Below, one piece after another: positions 63,646-64,000 of a DNA stretch of 64,000 nt. The position numbers and the translations under genes were made by a program. Source of the stretch: Chitinophagales bacterium (GTDB lineage Bacteria > Bacteroidota > Bacteroidia > Chitinophagales > UBA10324); assembly GCA_025057275.1 (NCBI GenBank), contig JANWXQ010000020.1, forward strand, positions 1,004 through 65,003. Direction: 5' to 3'. Positions within the stretch are counted from its first letter, which is position 1. Each line of letters begins with the position of its first letter. The notes under the pieces were generated by a model. It saw nothing but the letters and a program-made list of their open reading frames with translations. It searched no databases and was not told where the DNA came from.

Positions 63646-64000
63646 ATGGAAGCAAAATTTTCACCCAAGGTTAAAGAGGCCATCAGCTACAGCCGCGAAG
63701 AAGCGCTGCGGCTGCGGCACGACTTTATCGGCACCGAGCATTTGCTGCTGGGGCTGATCCGGGACGGCGAAGGAATGGCCGTTCGGGTGCTCAAAGCTTT
63801 GGATGTCGATCTGGTTCAGTTGCGCAAAGCCATTGAGGATTCGCTCAAGGCGCATCCGCAAAGCCGCGACATGAAAAATGCCAACCTGCCGCTGACCAAA
63901 CAGGCGGAAAAGGTGTTGAAGCTGACCGTGCTGGAAGCCAAGGTGCTGCGCGCCGAATTGGTAGGCACCGAACACCTGGTGTTGTCTATCCTGAAAAACA
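63646..64000 (+). CDS. clpC: ATP-dependent Clp protease ATP-binding subunit ClpC, 3' end outside window
   Basis: The frame is open from the ATG at 63646 to the window end, and it is absent from the track because there is no stop. Translation MEAKFSPKVKEAISYSREEALRLRHDFIGTEHLLLGLIRDGEGMAVRVL...VGTEHLVLSIL shows Clp_N repeats 1 and 2. Confidence 0.85.
   Translation, partial: MEAKFSPKVKEAISYSREEALRLRHDFIGTEHLLLGLIRDGEGMAVRVLKALDVDLVQLRKAIEDSLKAHPQSRDMKNANLPLTKQAEKVLKLTVLEAKVLRAELVGTEHLVLSILKN

Noticed and set aside
1-64000. Defence systems, prophage, toxin-antitoxin modules, biosynthetic gene clusters and CRISPR-Cas.
   Set aside because: No nuclease/ATPase/methylase combinations, capsid or terminase genes, small paired ORFs, or core biosynthetic enzymes were recognisable. 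The DnaQ-like exonuclease and the EEP nuclease are isolated genes in housekeeping context.

Overview
The window looks like a densely coding chromosomal segment from a moderately GC-rich member of the Bacteroidota. The evidence for that phylum is the gldA-gldF-gldG gliding-motility ABC operon, eight proteins ending in type IX secretion (T9SS) C-terminal sorting domains, ftsK followed by a lolA-like gene, and TAnnTTTG -7 boxes close to start codons. I call about 47 protein genes plus a tRNA-Ile(GAT)/tRNA-Ala(TGC) pair. I saw no rRNA, CRISPR array, transposase, integrase, phage gene or recognisable defence system.

Housekeeping genes: pepP (partial), korAB-type 2-oxoacid:ferredoxin oxidoreductase, an ECF sigma/anti-sigma pair, ligA, gldAFG, gmk, glyQS, polyprenyl synthase, ahcY, pdxJ, lpdA, ftsK, pruA, rnz and clpC (partial).

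Accessory blocks between them, all of unknown function:
1. Three tandem giant paralogs at 19.1-30.4 kb. Each has a propeller-like repeat head, then 7, 8 or 13 cysteine-rich PKD domains, then a T9SS sorting domain.
2. Two MauG/MbnH-like di-haem peroxidase lipoproteins, each next to an exported partner. One partner is a TlpA-like CxxC redoxin with a T9SS tail (11.3-13.1 kb). The other is an MbnP-like lipoprotein with a small Cys-motif membrane protein (49.2-51.6 kb).
3. Two tandem T9SS proteins with an Omp28-like thioredoxin-fold domain that retains a WCxWC motif (40.2-44.3 kb).
4. A TonB-dependent receptor paired with a beta-helix-like T9SS protein (35.3-39.9 kb).
5. A type B T9SS giant protein without an adjacent PorP/SprF gene (51.8-55.7 kb).

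T9SS cargo genes occupy about 32% of the window. My best candidate for something undescribed is a recurring cell-surface redox or metal-handling theme: di-haem enzyme plus partner pairs, together with T9SS-exported CxxC proteins.

Limits: no homology search or structure prediction was possible, so every family name comes from motif recognition. CDS coordinates follow the supplied ORF track, with start codons re-chosen by me. Coordinates of tRNAs, hairpins and promoter boxes were read by eye and may be off by 1-2 nt.
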